Below, one piece after another: positions 1-9,287 of a stretch of DNA of 64,000 bases (within the stretch, counting starts at the first letter, position 1; each line of letters begins with the position of its first letter). The notes beneath the pieces are model-generated. The model ran no database searches and was not told the DNA's origin. It saw only the letters and a program-made list of their open reading frames with translations. A program made the translations under genes and the position numbers. Origin of the DNA: Candidatus Kapaibacterium sp. (lineage in GTDB: Bacteria; Patescibacteriota; Patescibacteriia; UBA9934); assembly GCA_044350705.1 (NCBI GenBank), contig JBILHA010000001.1, forward strand, positions 177,809-241,808. Reading direction: 5' to 3'.

Positions 1-1062
1 CTTGCTCCTGAGTATATTCAAAGCGATGCTTCGGAAAGTTATGCACGATTTGATCCCATTGGCGTTGTGCTTGCGATCATGCCGTGGAATTTTCCTTTTT
101 GGCAGGTGATGCGTTTTGCGGCGCCTGCGCTTATGGCGGGCAATGTGGGCGTTCTTAAGCATGCATCAAATGTTCCTCAATGTGCTCAGGCACTCGAGGA
201 TATTTTTAGAGAAGCAGGTTTTCCAGAAGGAGTATTTCTTAATCTCGCGATTGGATCTTCAAAAGTAGAGCAAGTGATTCGTCATCCTGCCGTGTGGGGA
301 GTTGCGCTTACGGGAAGCGAATATGCAGGAAGTAAGGTTGCGGCGCTTGCAGGGTCGCTTATTAAGAAAACGGTACTTGAACTCGGGGGAAGTGATCCGT
401 TTATCGTACTTGCTGATGCGGATATTGCGGTTGCTGCAAAGATTGCTGCAAAGGCTCGATTGCAAAATAATGGACAAAGTTGTATTGCGGCGAAGCGGTT
501 TATTGTAGTAGAGGAAGTGTATGATGAGTTTCTTTCTGCGTTTACGAAAGAAGTGGAATCGTATGTTGTAGGAGACCCGCTTGATGAGAAAACAACATTG
601 GGACCTCTCGTTAATGCAGCAGGGCGTGAAGATATTGAGCGCCAGGTGCAAGAATCTGTTGAAAAAGGTGCACGTATTGTTTCGGGTGGGAAAAGAATAG
701 GGGAGAAAGGTTTCTTTTATGCGGCAACTATTCTTGCGGACGTTGCTCCAGGAATGCCTGCGTACCACGAAGAGTTGTTTGGACCGGTTGCTTCAGTTAT
801 TCGTGTGCGTGATGCGGAGGAGGCGGTGCGAGTAGCAAACGATACGCCGTTTGGACTAGGGGGAAGTGTGTGGACGAAGAATACTGAGGTTGCAAAGTCG
901 CTTGCGGTGAAGATTCGTTCAGGATCGGTATTTGTAAATGGACTTGTGAAATCTGACGCGAGACTGCCTTTTGGAGGCACAGGAATTTCCGGATATGGAC
1001 GCGAACTTTCCTCGTACGGTCTTCGAGAGTTTGTGCATGTGAAGACCGTTTGGGTTGCGTAG
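1..1062 (+). CDS. NAD(P)-dependent aldehyde dehydrogenase, 5'-truncated at window edge (succinate-semialdehyde/aldehyde DH family)
   Basis: Frame 1 is open from base 1 (LAPEYIQSDASESYARFDPIGVVLAIMPWNFPFWQ...). ALDH motifs ELGGSDP, GQSCIAAKRFIV and EELFGPV are read directly. Stop at 1062. Confidence 0.85.
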   Translation, partial: LAPEYIQSDASESYARFDPIGVVLAIMPWNFPFWQVMRFAAPALMAGNVGVLKHASNVPQCAQALEDIFREAGFPEGVFLNLAIGSSKVEQVIRHPAVWGVALTGSEYAGSKVAALAGSLIKKTVLELGGSDPFIVLADADIAVAAKIAAKARLQNNGQSCIAAKRFIVVEEVYDEFLSAFTKEVESYVVGDPLDEKTTLGPLVNAAGREDIERQVQESVEKGARIVSGGKRIGEKGFFYAATILADVAPGMPAYHEELFGPVASVIRVRDAEEAVRVANDTPFGLGGSVWTKNTEVAKSLAVKIRSGSVFVNGLVKSDARLPFGGTGISGYGRELSSYGLREFVHVKTVWVA

Positions 1063-1334
1063 TGATGAGAAGGTCGGTAGTCTTTTTGCGGAGGAAAGAT
1101 TTATGCAGGAATATCAAGGCGTCTGGGTGAGATTTGCCGGGAACATTCGGCACATCAAAGAAGGGAGGCCACACCACTGGCGTTGCTTTGTCAACGCTCA
1201 GGGTGAGGAGATGCCTCTTACGAGCTGGCGACTTGTGGGGGAGGCCACGGCGCAGAATTTTAGGGTCGGAACAGACCCAGAGGCGAAAAATCTACTTGGT
1301 CTTTTTCAGCTATTCTGTTGCTTTACTCCAGGTA

Positions 1335-1372
1335 ATAAAAAACATCACGGAATATTCCGTGATGTTTTTTAT
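1335..1372. terminator. Bidirectional rho-independent terminator hairpin
   Basis: Perfect inverted repeat aacatcacggaatattccgtgatgtt flanked by an A-run upstream and a T-run downstream. It sits at the 3' end of the convergent minus-strand gene ending at 1372. Confidence 0.5.
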
Positions 1373-2325
1373 TATCGTTCGATTTTTTCTTCTGTCCAAG
1401 AACCGTCTTCATGTCGAGCGTTGAAGTGTATGGCTCCATCTTCAATGCGGACGTTGTCAATATAATCGTATACTTTTTGATCTCGGTGATTGATCACGAT
1501 TCTCCAGCGGTCATTGATTTGCGCTCGATAGACGATCGTTTCATCATCTGCCCATATCAGCGAATCGATATAGTCGTACGAGAATCCATTTCCGATACTT
1601 GAAAGAACAATGAATTGCTCGGGATTTGCACCGTCGCCCTGGTTGTTTCGTACCGCGTACTCAGTGTTCCTTGGATTGAAGGTGAGGAGCTTGTAATCCC
1701 ATCCACAGCTGTAGTGTGAGTTTTCCTTACCATCTACGACGAGTTGGAAACCGTGTGAAGCGTTACTGCATACTCTTTCTTCTTCACCTTTTGTGTCGGC
1801 GAGATAGAGGAGGTGTTTTTCGTCTTCGCTTACGCTGATATTGCGGACAAAGTGGTAAGGTCCCCCGTATACTTTGTTCCCAGAAGTTACCACTCCCGTT
1901 CCATCAGCATTTCGAGACCAAGAGATGATATTTCCTGTTTGAGGGTCAAATACTGGACTACCGTCTACGTATTCATACCCTCTATATGGGTCCATCTGGG
2001 AGGTGTCGATCGTGACCTTCATTCCTGGTTGCAGCGTTCTTGGGTCATAATCGAGATACTCTTCTGCATTTGTCTGTTTGCGTTCATCCCAGCGAATGAA
2101 GAGCTCTTTCCATTGAAAACCGCTTCCCAGATAATAGTCTGCAATTCCCCAGAGTGTATCTCCACGTTCTACGGTGTAGCAGAGCGATGTTTCTTCATAG
2201 GGTGTTTCAAAGGTTTGTGGGCCATGACAGTAGTCGAGGCCACTTGCAGGCGTTGCTGCTGAGGCAGGAAGCGCAAAAGCGAGGCTCGCAACCGTCATCC
2301 CCATAAGGGTGAGGATTTTTTTCAT
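1372..2325 (-). CDS. Secreted LysM-domain protein (hypothetical)
   Basis: N-terminal signal peptide (MKKILTLMGMTVASLAFALPASAA). LysM-like segment YTVERGDTLWGIADYY. Remainder has no recognisable motif. Start chosen at MKKIL (ORF track starts 18 nt upstream). Confidence 0.6.
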   Translation of the reverse strand: MKKILTLMGMTVASLAFALPASAATPASGLDYCHGPQTFETPYEETSLCYTVERGDTLWGIADYYLGSGFQWKELFIRWDERKQTNAEEYLDYDPRTLQPGMKVTIDTSQMDPYRGYEYVDGSPVFDPQTGNIISWSRNADGTGVVTSGNKVYGGPYHFVRNISVSEDEKHLLYLADTKGEEERVCSNASHGFQLVVDGKENSHYSCGWDYKLLTFNPRNTEYAVRNNQGDGANPEQFIVLSSIGNGFSYDYIDSLIWADDETIVYRAQINDRWRIVINHRDQKVYDYIDNVRIEDGAIHFNARHEDGSWTEEKIER

Positions 2326-2550
2326 AACGGCGGATGCTCTCACGATTTTTTTCCACTGTCAAGAAATTTTTTTGGGAAAATAAAATAAAATATTGCTTCA
2401 TTTAGCAAAATTTTATCTTCAGGAGAAATGTTTTTATTGCGTTGCTGCAGTCTTTTGGGGTGGAGGGAGTATGGTTTCGAGTATAGGCGGCTGCGCTCGC
2501 TTGCTTGCCTATAGAATCCAGCGAATTCTCATCCGCTCGCCCCTACAATG

Positions 2551-2580
2551 AAAAAAATACGGAAGAATCCGTAATTTTTT
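2551..2580. terminator. Putative bidirectional terminator hairpin
   Basis: aaaaaaa-tacgga-agaa-tccgta-attttttcg: a 6-bp stem flanked by A- and T-runs, downstream of the minus-strand gene ending at 2740. Confidence 0.4.
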
Positions 2581-2739
2581 CGTGGCAGGACACATGACTG
2601 CTGAACTCAATTTTCAGAGGCGTTTAAAGGATTTTGCGAACGTTACGCTGGCAGGCAGGTACGGTGATTAGTGTGGCTTTTAAAAAAAAAACAGATGAGT
2701 ATAATTAGTTGAAATTTGTTCAATTAAACGTATCATTTT

Positions 2740-3732
2740 TTAATTATTAAAATCAGCAATCCAAATATCGTGTGTATTTTTTAAAGCAATAATATTTTTA
2801 ATATTTAGTTTAGTCGCGTGTTCATTTATCTGTTCTTGATTTGCACCGGATAATTCTTTATGAATTGCATTCGCGACTGTTAGCGCTAAGAGGCGATGAT
2901 TTCCATCCATCACGCTATGCCCCCTGAAGATGCCAAATTCATATTCTTTTTTAAGAATGATGGGCTTTGGAAAAGTTCCATTTTCTAGGAGGTATCGAAG
3001 AGCGTTTTCAAAACGCCGATATCCATTTCCTGTTTTTTTCAAATTACTATAAGCATTGTCAATGTTATATAAATAACATTTTTGCATGTCTTCAAGGCAT
3101 TTTATTGCTGCAGTACTCCACCTAATACTAAATGGTTTAATATTAACCTTATTCCAAGTGGCACGCTGCCAGGTATGCAGATCTAATGTTAAAATACGTA
3201 ACCATCTTTCCGGATTTTTACTTTCATAAGGAGGCCATCCCTCATATTCAGCAAATGATAGTAGCCATTCATCGATGATTTCTTCTGGAAAATTTGGCAA
3301 ATCACGCTTAATGCTTTCTCGTAAAGAATTCGAAACATCTCCAGTCACTTCAATGGCAATAGCGAGTACTCCAAATTTCTGAATATCCTCTGATGAATAG
3401 TAGCGGGCCATGTCAGCCGCTGCCTGTTTCACGGTTGTGCCCGGACTCCACCCAGCAAGAGTGGGATCTGTTATCGTGAATAGTTCAATAAAATCTTTTG
3501 CAGTTTTGGTTTCCTTAACTAATGCTACCAATGTCTTGTTATTCTTACCGTCCGTGAAGCGAATATTGTCACCGGCATTAATACACTTACGCTTACTGTC
3601 ATTGAGACGAATTTCAAATATTTTCTCTTTGCGAGATATCATCCCGAACGATTCCGGATTAAGTTTCATTTTATGTTGCATAATTTTTGAAAAACCACCA
3701 GACATTGCTGGTGATTTTTCAGCTGCCGTCAT
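2740..3732 (-). CDS. ASCH (PUA-like) domain protein with C-terminal ParB/DGQHR-like domain (hypothetical)
   Basis: N-terminal ASCH-like pattern (KIFEIRLNDSKRKCINAGDNIRF...LVALVKE...FGVLAIAIEV). C-terminal ParBc/DGQHR-like motif IILKKEYEFGIFRGHSVMDGNHRLLAL. Gene is markedly AT-rich (~38% GC) versus ~49% background. It lies immediately downstream of tRNA-Trp on the same strand. Confidence 0.6.
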   Translation of the reverse strand: MTAAEKSPAMSGGFSKIMQHKMKLNPESFGMISRKEKIFEIRLNDSKRKCINAGDNIRFTDGKNNKTLVALVKETKTAKDFIELFTITDPTLAGWSPGTTVKQAAADMARYYSSEDIQKFGVLAIAIEVTGDVSNSLRESIKRDLPNFPEEIIDEWLLSFAEYEGWPPYESKNPERWLRILTLDLHTWQRATWNKVNIKPFSIRWSTAAIKCLEDMQKCYLYNIDNAYSNLKKTGNGYRRFENALRYLLENGTFPKPIILKKEYEFGIFRGHSVMDGNHRLLALTVANAIHKELSGANQEQINEHATKLNIKNIIALKNTHDIWIADFNN

Positions 3733-3823
3733 AATGCTCCTGAGAACCTGGAGAGACGCAGGTATCCGTGAGGATAATTAGCGTTGCCCTAGGCATTCAG
3801 GTATTTCGCACCATAACAGCGCT

Positions 3824-3897
3824 TGGCAGGGGCGGAGGGAATCGAACCCGCGCTAGAGGTTTTGGAGACCCCTGTACTACCATTATACGACGCCCCT
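3824..3897 (-). tRNA. trnW: tRNA-Trp (anticodon CCA)
   Basis: Reverse complement reads AGGGGCGTCGTATAATGGTAGTACAGGGGTCTCCAAAACCTCTAGCGCGGGTTCGATTCCCTCCGCCCCTGCCA. Acceptor stem AGGGGCG/CGCCCCT, anticodon stem GGGGT/ACCTC with loop CTCCAAA (U33, anticodon CCA, A37), GTTCGATTC T-loop, encoded CCA end. Confidence 0.85.
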
Positions 3898-4125
3898 ATG
3901 GAGTAACGTGCTATAGTTTTTCCAGTGATTTTGCTGGGAGAGTATACAGAATCTTTTCCTGTCCGGCAAGTAAAATATCCTATGACCCCAACGAGAGGAA
4001 TTATGGAAGAGGAAAAGAAAGATCTTGAATGTAGCGGGTATGGCGTAGCTTACGATTACATCTGAGCAGTTCTTTGCAAGGGTGAATATTCGTTGGGAGT
4101 TTCCCAAGGGGTTTCGTTGGAGAAT

Positions 4126-4155
4126 AAAAACACGTCTCATATGAGACGTGTTTTT
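4126..4155. terminator. Bidirectional terminator (perfect palindrome)
   Basis: aaaaacacgtctcat|atgagacgtgttttt is a perfect 30-nt palindrome with A5/T5 flanks. It sits directly after the stop of the minus-strand gene ending at 4159. Confidence 0.6.
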
Positions 4156-4158
4156 AGA

Positions 4159-5880
4159 CTATTCCGTAGCAAGTGCTCCTTCTCCCGCGGGGTTGTATCC
4201 TGCTTCTACCTCAGCTTTATCATCGAATCCATCATAGTCACTGTCGGTTGAGAGGTCGCTTGAGCGGTAGAGGACCGCTTCATCGTATGCCGAGAGTCCG
4301 TCTTCATCTTCGTCGGTTTTCTTTGCTCCTTCCTCGGAGAGAAAGAGTTCAGTTGCGGTGTTTGTGCCTTTTACCACTTTTCCATAGAAGGAAAATGTAT
4401 CATCTTCCTCCCCCTTTTTTACTTCAAAGAGTAAAGTGTATCCGTTTTCGGTACGGCTATATGGATAGGGTTTTTCTGTAAAAATGTCGTTTGGAATGGT
4501 GTTTACTTTTTTATATTCATCTTCGAGGCCGATCAGATCGTTGAGAGACTCGGGATACTCCCCACGCTCCCCATGGTAGAGATCAAGTGCGGATTGAATA
4601 TCGCTTACGGTTTCGAGTTGCGTATCTTGGTTTGCAGTTTCCATATCCATTCCCACGAGAAGATTGATTGCTTCTTCGGTGGTCATGGCATCTGTAGGAG
4701 CGCTTACATTTACGGGGATATTAATACTTTCAAAGTGTATTTCGGTTTCTAAAGTAATTTGTCGATCTTTCAGGAGATCTCCTTGGAGCTTTGGGGCCAG
4801 ACGTGTTGAGAGGGCGATCATGAGAGGGGTGCCGTCATCGCGCATGGTTGCTGAGAGGTTGAGTCTCTTGAAAAGCTCGCGGTAGATATCTCTTGCACGT
4901 TCCTTTGTAGACGCTTCAATAAATTCATCGGTAAATACCATGTATTCTTCGGTTTCCGGGAAGAGTCCTTCTCGGTCATCACCAATTGCAATGACTGTTT
5001 CGCGGAGTTTTTCTCCATCGATCACTGCGGTTGTATGCCATGCGCGTTCATCCTGATAGGTTACTCGTTCTGGAACTGAGAAAATGATCGCGCCATTTTT
5101 TACTCCTTGTTCAAGAAGGGTAAAGATCTCTTCTCGTGGATCAGGGCTTTTTTCTTTCTCGTCTTCCTTTTCCTCCTCTGATTCTTCAATATCCATAAAG
5201 AAGGGGTCGGTGTACGTGAATACTTCCTCACGTTCTTCCGATTCATTTTCAAGATCAATCCATTTTCCCTCTAAGGCGCTTAAGTCCAAGATGGGAATGG
5301 GGAGAGGAATGGCATCGGGCTTGATATAGGTCGTTCCTTCCACGGTACGTGTTGTGAGATCGATGTTTGCGCTTATATTGTTTCCGGTATACGTGCCTTG
5401 TATGCGTGTTTCTTCATTTGCTCCTTCTTGTTGTTCTGCGAAAGAAGAAGTAATGGAGAGATCGAGATGAAGATCGCTTGGGAGCATTTGGAGTGTGAGC
5501 GGATTGAGTGATTCGTCATCCATTTCTTTATCTAAGAAAAGAGAGAAATCAAGAGGCTCCACATCTTCTGCGCGAGGCTCTATGGCTACATTGAGGTTTA
5601 CGGTTGTTTTTGCTGAATTGATGCTTTGTAATGTGGCAAGCATCTGTTCTGCGGTCGGGCGTTTCATGAGCGGGTTCGGAAGATAGCCTGCCCAAGCGGC
5701 ATAGCCTAATCCGGTAATAGCGCCGATACCTACGATCGTTGCTCCTGCAATAAAGATGATGCGCTTTTTGCCATGTGAGGGTTTTGATGGAGGAGGAGAG
5801 GTGGGTTGAGGAATGGGAGTGGACGGTGCGTTTTGCCCCGCGGACATCTCGGGGAGCAAGGGGGAGGGGAGTTCTGGCAT
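4159..5880 (-). CDS. Hypothetical membrane-anchored acidic protein
   Basis: Pro-rich N-terminus, then one TM helix (IIFIAGATIVGIGAITGLGYAAWAGYL). Long Glu/Asp-rich extracytoplasmic region. C-terminal DSDYDGFDD acidic motif. No catalytic motif recognised. Confidence 0.55.
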   Translation of the reverse strand: MPELPSPLLPEMSAGQNAPSTPIPQPTSPPPSKPSHGKKRIIFIAGATIVGIGAITGLGYAAWAGYLPNPLMKRPTAEQMLATLQSINSAKTTVNLNVAIEPRAEDVEPLDFSLFLDKEMDDESLNPLTLQMLPSDLHLDLSITSSFAEQQEGANEETRIQGTYTGNNISANIDLTTRTVEGTTYIKPDAIPLPIPILDLSALEGKWIDLENESEEREEVFTYTDPFFMDIEESEEEKEDEKEKSPDPREEIFTLLEQGVKNGAIIFSVPERVTYQDERAWHTTAVIDGEKLRETVIAIGDDREGLFPETEEYMVFTDEFIEASTKERARDIYRELFKRLNLSATMRDDGTPLMIALSTRLAPKLQGDLLKDRQITLETEIHFESINIPVNVSAPTDAMTTEEAINLLVGMDMETANQDTQLETVSDIQSALDLYHGERGEYPESLNDLIGLEDEYKKVNTIPNDIFTEKPYPYSRTENGYTLLFEVKKGEEDDTFSFYGKVVKGTNTATELFLSEEGAKKTDEDEDGLSAYDEAVLYRSSDLSTDSDYDGFDDKAEVEAGYNPAGEGALATE

Positions 5881-5953
5881 ATGGTCCCTATCATAACATT
5901 TTTGATGTATGAAAAAACGTCCCCCATACCGCGTTGGGTGTGGGGGCGTTTTT

Positions 5954-6688
5954 TTATTTTTTGAATCCGCTAAATGCTTGAAGGATTTCGAGAGGAACCG
6001 TGAAGACGACGGTGTTGGATTGGTCGGAGCTCAGGTCGTTTATTGCGTGAAGAGTTCGCAGGTGGAGTGCGCCCGGAGCAGAGGCGAGCATACTCGCTGC
6101 TCGTGCAATGTTTTCCGAGGCCTTTACTTCACCTTCTGAATTGATTACTACGGCGTCGCGCTCACGTTCTGCTTCAGCTTTCTTTGCCATCGTACGAATC
6201 ATTTCAGGAGGAAGGTTAATGTCCTTCAATTCCACTGAAGATACCTCTACTCCCCAACTTGCAGTTACGGTTTCTAGGAGTTTCTCGATTTTTTCGGAGA
6301 TTGTTGCGCGTCCTGCGAGGAGTTCGTCAAGTGTTACTTCTCCTACCACGTTGCGCATGGTGGTTTGTGCGAGCTGCATGACCGCGTAATGTGCATTTTC
6401 TACTTCAAGAACAGATTTCGCGGGGTCAGCGATTTTGTAGTAGATTACTGCGTTAATTTTTGCAGATACGTTATCTTTTGTGATCGCGTCTTGACTGGGA
6501 ACATCCATTGCCTTTACGCGCAAGTCTACTTTACGGAGTGACTGAAATACAGGGATCACCAGTCTCCATCCTGGGTTTATGGTAGAGGTGTATTTTCCCA
6601 TGGTGAATTTAATACCTCGTTCGTACTGATTCACCTGACGCAGGGAAATGAGGAGTACCATGATGACCGGGAAAATCAATCCTTCCAT
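5954..6688 (-). CDS. SPFH/band-7 (stomatin/prohibitin-like) membrane protein
   Basis: N-terminal TM then SPFH-like core (RGIKFTMGKY...VDLRVKAMDVPSQDAITKDNVSAKINAVIYYKI...LAQTTMRNVVGEVTLDELL). Confidence 0.8.
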   Translation of the reverse strand: MEGLIFPVIMVLLISLRQVNQYERGIKFTMGKYTSTINPGWRLVIPVFQSLRKVDLRVKAMDVPSQDAITKDNVSAKINAVIYYKIADPAKSVLEVENAHYAVMQLAQTTMRNVVGEVTLDELLAGRATISEKIEKLLETVTASWGVEVSSVELKDINLPPEMIRTMAKKAEAERERDAVVINSEGEVKASENIARAASMLASAPGALHLRTLHAINDLSSDQSNTVVFTVPLEILQAFSGFKK

Positions 6689-6765
6689 AATATAAGGTTA
6701 ATTCTTTTGAGAGGAGCGTAGCAAAGCTATTTTCAAGAGACAAATTTTTGTTAGAATCTCTGTGT

Positions 6766-8007
6766 ATGGATTCTTCTGAAGATGTGTTGTTTCGTCGTGC
6801 ATTTGGTGCGGGTATTCTCGGTGCTTTTTTTGGTATAATCCTCGTCAGCGGAGGAGTATGGCTTTTGTATCAAGATCCTCGTGGAAAGTCATGGATTCAT
6901 GATCGTATTTCCTCTCTTTTGCTTACGGAGGAAGTTCCCACGATTACTGATACTACGGGAACGATTGATCCTCTTGTTTCCGTGGTTGCCGCTGCTGATC
7001 CTGCGGTTGTTTCGCTGGTGGTGACAAAGGAGGTTCCTATCTATGAGCGGTATTATGAGCGAGCCAATCCTTTCGGAGGGGGATTTTCTGGGTTCCTCAT
7101 TCCGCAGTATCGAGAGAATGGTACTCGTGAAGAGGAGGTATCGGGCGGAACGGGATTCTTCATTTCTTCGGATGGATATCTTGTAACAAATAATCACGTG
7201 ATAGATGTAGAAGAATCGTCGTATACCGTTTATCTTAATGATGGGGCTTCCTATCCTGCGAGCCTTATTGCAACAGATGCTTTGCTTGATGTAGCTCTGT
7301 TAAAAGTTGACGCGCCGGGTGTTTCATTTTCTTCGCTTTCTTTTGCTGATTCTGATAAGGCTCAAGCAGGTCAAACGGTTATCGCGATCGGAAATGCGCT
7401 CGGGGAATATCGTAATACGGTTTCTGTAGGAGTTATTTCGGGTTTGTCTCGCTCGGTGTTTGCGGCAACGACGGGAGGATCCGCGGAGCTATTGCAGGAT
7501 ATTATTCAGACCGATGCGGCGATCAACCCCGGGAATTCTGGAGGTCCGCTTCTTGATCTTTCGGGAAAGGTGATCGGGGTGAATGTTGCTGCGTCGGTAG
7601 GGAGCGCTGAGAATATTGGATTTGCTCTTCCTGCGAATGCGGTACGTGTCGCGGTAGAATCCATGAAAGAGCATGGGAAGATTCTTCGTCCATGGCTCGG
7701 GGTGCGTTATGACATGATTACTCCTGAGTTCGCGGAGAGCGCAGGATTGCCGGTGACTTTTGGAGCGCTTATTCGGAGAGGAGGGGATAATGAGCCCGCG
7801 GTTATTCCGGGTTCGCCTGCTGATAAAGCAGGGTTGGTGGAAAACGATATTATTTTGAGTGTAAATGGTGAGTTTGTGAATGATTCTCATGATTTAGGGT
7901 ATCTTCTTCGTCTTCATGCTCCTGGTGATGCTGTGGTTATTCGTGTTATGCGTGAGGGGGAAGAGCGCGAGTATCAGGTAACTCTTGAAGAGCGTCCTGC
8001 TGAATAG
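6766..8007 (+). CDS. htrA: HtrA/DegP-family serine protease with C-terminal PDZ domain
   Basis: Trypsin-like catalytic motifs GTGFFISSDGYLVTNNHV (His), D in LLDVALLKVD, GNSGGPL (Ser). C-terminal PDZ-like segment. N-terminal TM. ORF track starts at a TTG at 6748; first ATG is 6766. Confidence 0.85.
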   Translation: MDSSEDVLFRRAFGAGILGAFFGIILVSGGVWLLYQDPRGKSWIHDRISSLLLTEEVPTITDTTGTIDPLVSVVAAADPAVVSLVVTKEVPIYERYYERANPFGGGFSGFLIPQYRENGTREEEVSGGTGFFISSDGYLVTNNHVIDVEESSYTVYLNDGASYPASLIATDALLDVALLKVDAPGVSFSSLSFADSDKAQAGQTVIAIGNALGEYRNTVSVGVISGLSRSVFAATTGGSAELLQDIIQTDAAINPGNSGGPLLDLSGKVIGVNVAASVGSAENIGFALPANAVRVAVESMKEHGKILRPWLGVRYDMITPEFAESAGLPVTFGALIRRGGDNEPAVIPGSPADKAGLVENDIILSVNGEFVNDSHDLGYLLRLHAPGDAVVIRVMREGEEREYQVTLEERPAE

Positions 8008-8010
8008 CGT

Positions 8011-8868
8011 ATGAAATTTTCTCGTACAGGAATTTTGCCCGTAGGAGGCATCGTCTTGATGCTCTTTGTTCTCATTGTTCTTGTTTTATTCGTCCTTCCT
8101 CGGGATACCGCATATGCGCCTGTTGTTCCTGTTGAGTCGGGAGAGGAAGGGGGGCAGGGCGAGCAAGTATGGAAAAATATTATGGTCTCAGAGCCGGTTC
8201 CAGGACAAGAAGTCGGGTTTCCTTTAAAGATTGTTGGACAGGCGCGTGTATTTGAAAATACGTTTCAGTATCGTGTGGTAGATGACGCGGGAAATGTGCT
8301 TACAGATGGATATGGCATGGCAGAGGCGAAGGAAGCGGGAGAGTTCGGAACATTTCGTATTTTGCTTACCTACCGTGAGCCGACAACGCCTACGGGGAAG
8401 GTGGAAGTATTTTCTTCCTCCGCAAGGGATGGTTCTCAGGAGAACAGCGTTGTTATTCCCGTTGTTTTTTCACAAGATGTTTCTGCTCAAGAGATTTTGA
8501 TCCCCTTTGTGCCTCGTGAGAACGAGGGTACTGATTGTGCTGAGATTGCCTTCGTGCCTCGACGCGTTGAACGTACACCTGCGATTGCGCATGCAGCAAT
8601 GATTGAGCTTCTTGAAGGGCCCGATGAAGGTGAGCGTCAATTATTTCTTACGCTTCTTCCTGCCGAGGCCCGTCTTCGTTCTGTTGTTATCGAGGAGGGG
8701 GTTGCGAGGGTTACCTTTGTTGCGGGATCTTTTGATCGTGTTGCGGGATCGTGTATGGTCACGGGTATTCGTGCCCAAATTGAGGCAACCTTAGCACAAT
8801 TTCCCTCCGTTGATTTGGTGATTATTTTAGAAGAAGGGAAAGAAGCGGGGGAGATTTTGCAGCCATAA
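8011..8868 (+). CDS. Secreted GerMN/Gmad2-like domain protein (hypothetical)
   Basis: N-terminal TM/signal. Ig-like Gmad2-type segment (PLKIVGQARVFENTFQYRVVDDAGNVLTDGYGMA) followed by GerMN-like segment (AAMIELLEGP...VTFVAGSFDRVAGSCMV). Pattern-level call only. Confidence 0.5.
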   Translation: MKFSRTGILPVGGIVLMLFVLIVLVLFVLPRDTAYAPVVPVESGEEGGQGEQVWKNIMVSEPVPGQEVGFPLKIVGQARVFENTFQYRVVDDAGNVLTDGYGMAEAKEAGEFGTFRILLTYREPTTPTGKVEVFSSSARDGSQENSVVIPVVFSQDVSAQEILIPFVPRENEGTDCAEIAFVPRRVERTPAIAHAAMIELLEGPDEGERQLFLTLLPAEARLRSVVIEEGVARVTFVAGSFDRVAGSCMVTGIRAQIEATLAQFPSVDLVIILEEGKEAGEILQP

Positions 8869-8983
8869 TGTGCATTTTTCCGTGTGTTTTCGGCACTTAT
8901 TGTTGATAACTTCCTTTGCGGAACAAACTGCTGTGCTACGCTTTCCCCGCAAAATCATTACTATTTCTTAAAAAAACCATTGT

Positions 8984-9271
8984 ATGGCAGCAAAGCGCAT
9001 GACCAAGAGTCAGATGATTGCAGATCTTTCCGAACGCTGGGGAGTCTCCAAGAAGCAGGTAAACGAAATGTACGAGGGTCTCATTGAACTCTCTTACAAG
9101 GAAATTAAGCGCGCAGGAGAGTTTGTCATGCCAGGTCTTGGAAAGCTCGTGAAGAAGAATCGTCCTGCACGTCAGGGTCGCAACCCAGCAACGGGTGAAA
9201 CGATCAAGATTCCTGCAAAGACGGTTATTAAGTTCACTGTTGCAAAGGCCGCAAAGGAAGCGCTTCTCTAA
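8984..9271 (+). CDS. hup: DNA-binding protein HU
   Basis: 95 aa. HU hallmarks: MTKSQMIADLSERWGVSKKQV...GEFVMPGLGKLVKKNRPARQGRNPATGETIKIPAKTVIKF. Confidence 0.9.
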   Translation: MAAKRMTKSQMIADLSERWGVSKKQVNEMYEGLIELSYKEIKRAGEFVMPGLGKLVKKNRPARQGRNPATGETIKIPAKTVIKFTVAKAAKEALL

Positions 9272-9287
9272 GTTGTCCACATAACAC

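Noticed and set aside
2490-2545. Possible direct repeat of the tRNA-Trp 3' end (tccgctcgcccctacaa vs tccgcccctgcca) that would mark an island boundary
   Set aside because: Similarity is weak (needs a 3-nt indel) and the orientation is opposite to that expected for an att direct repeat. Cannot be supported by eye.
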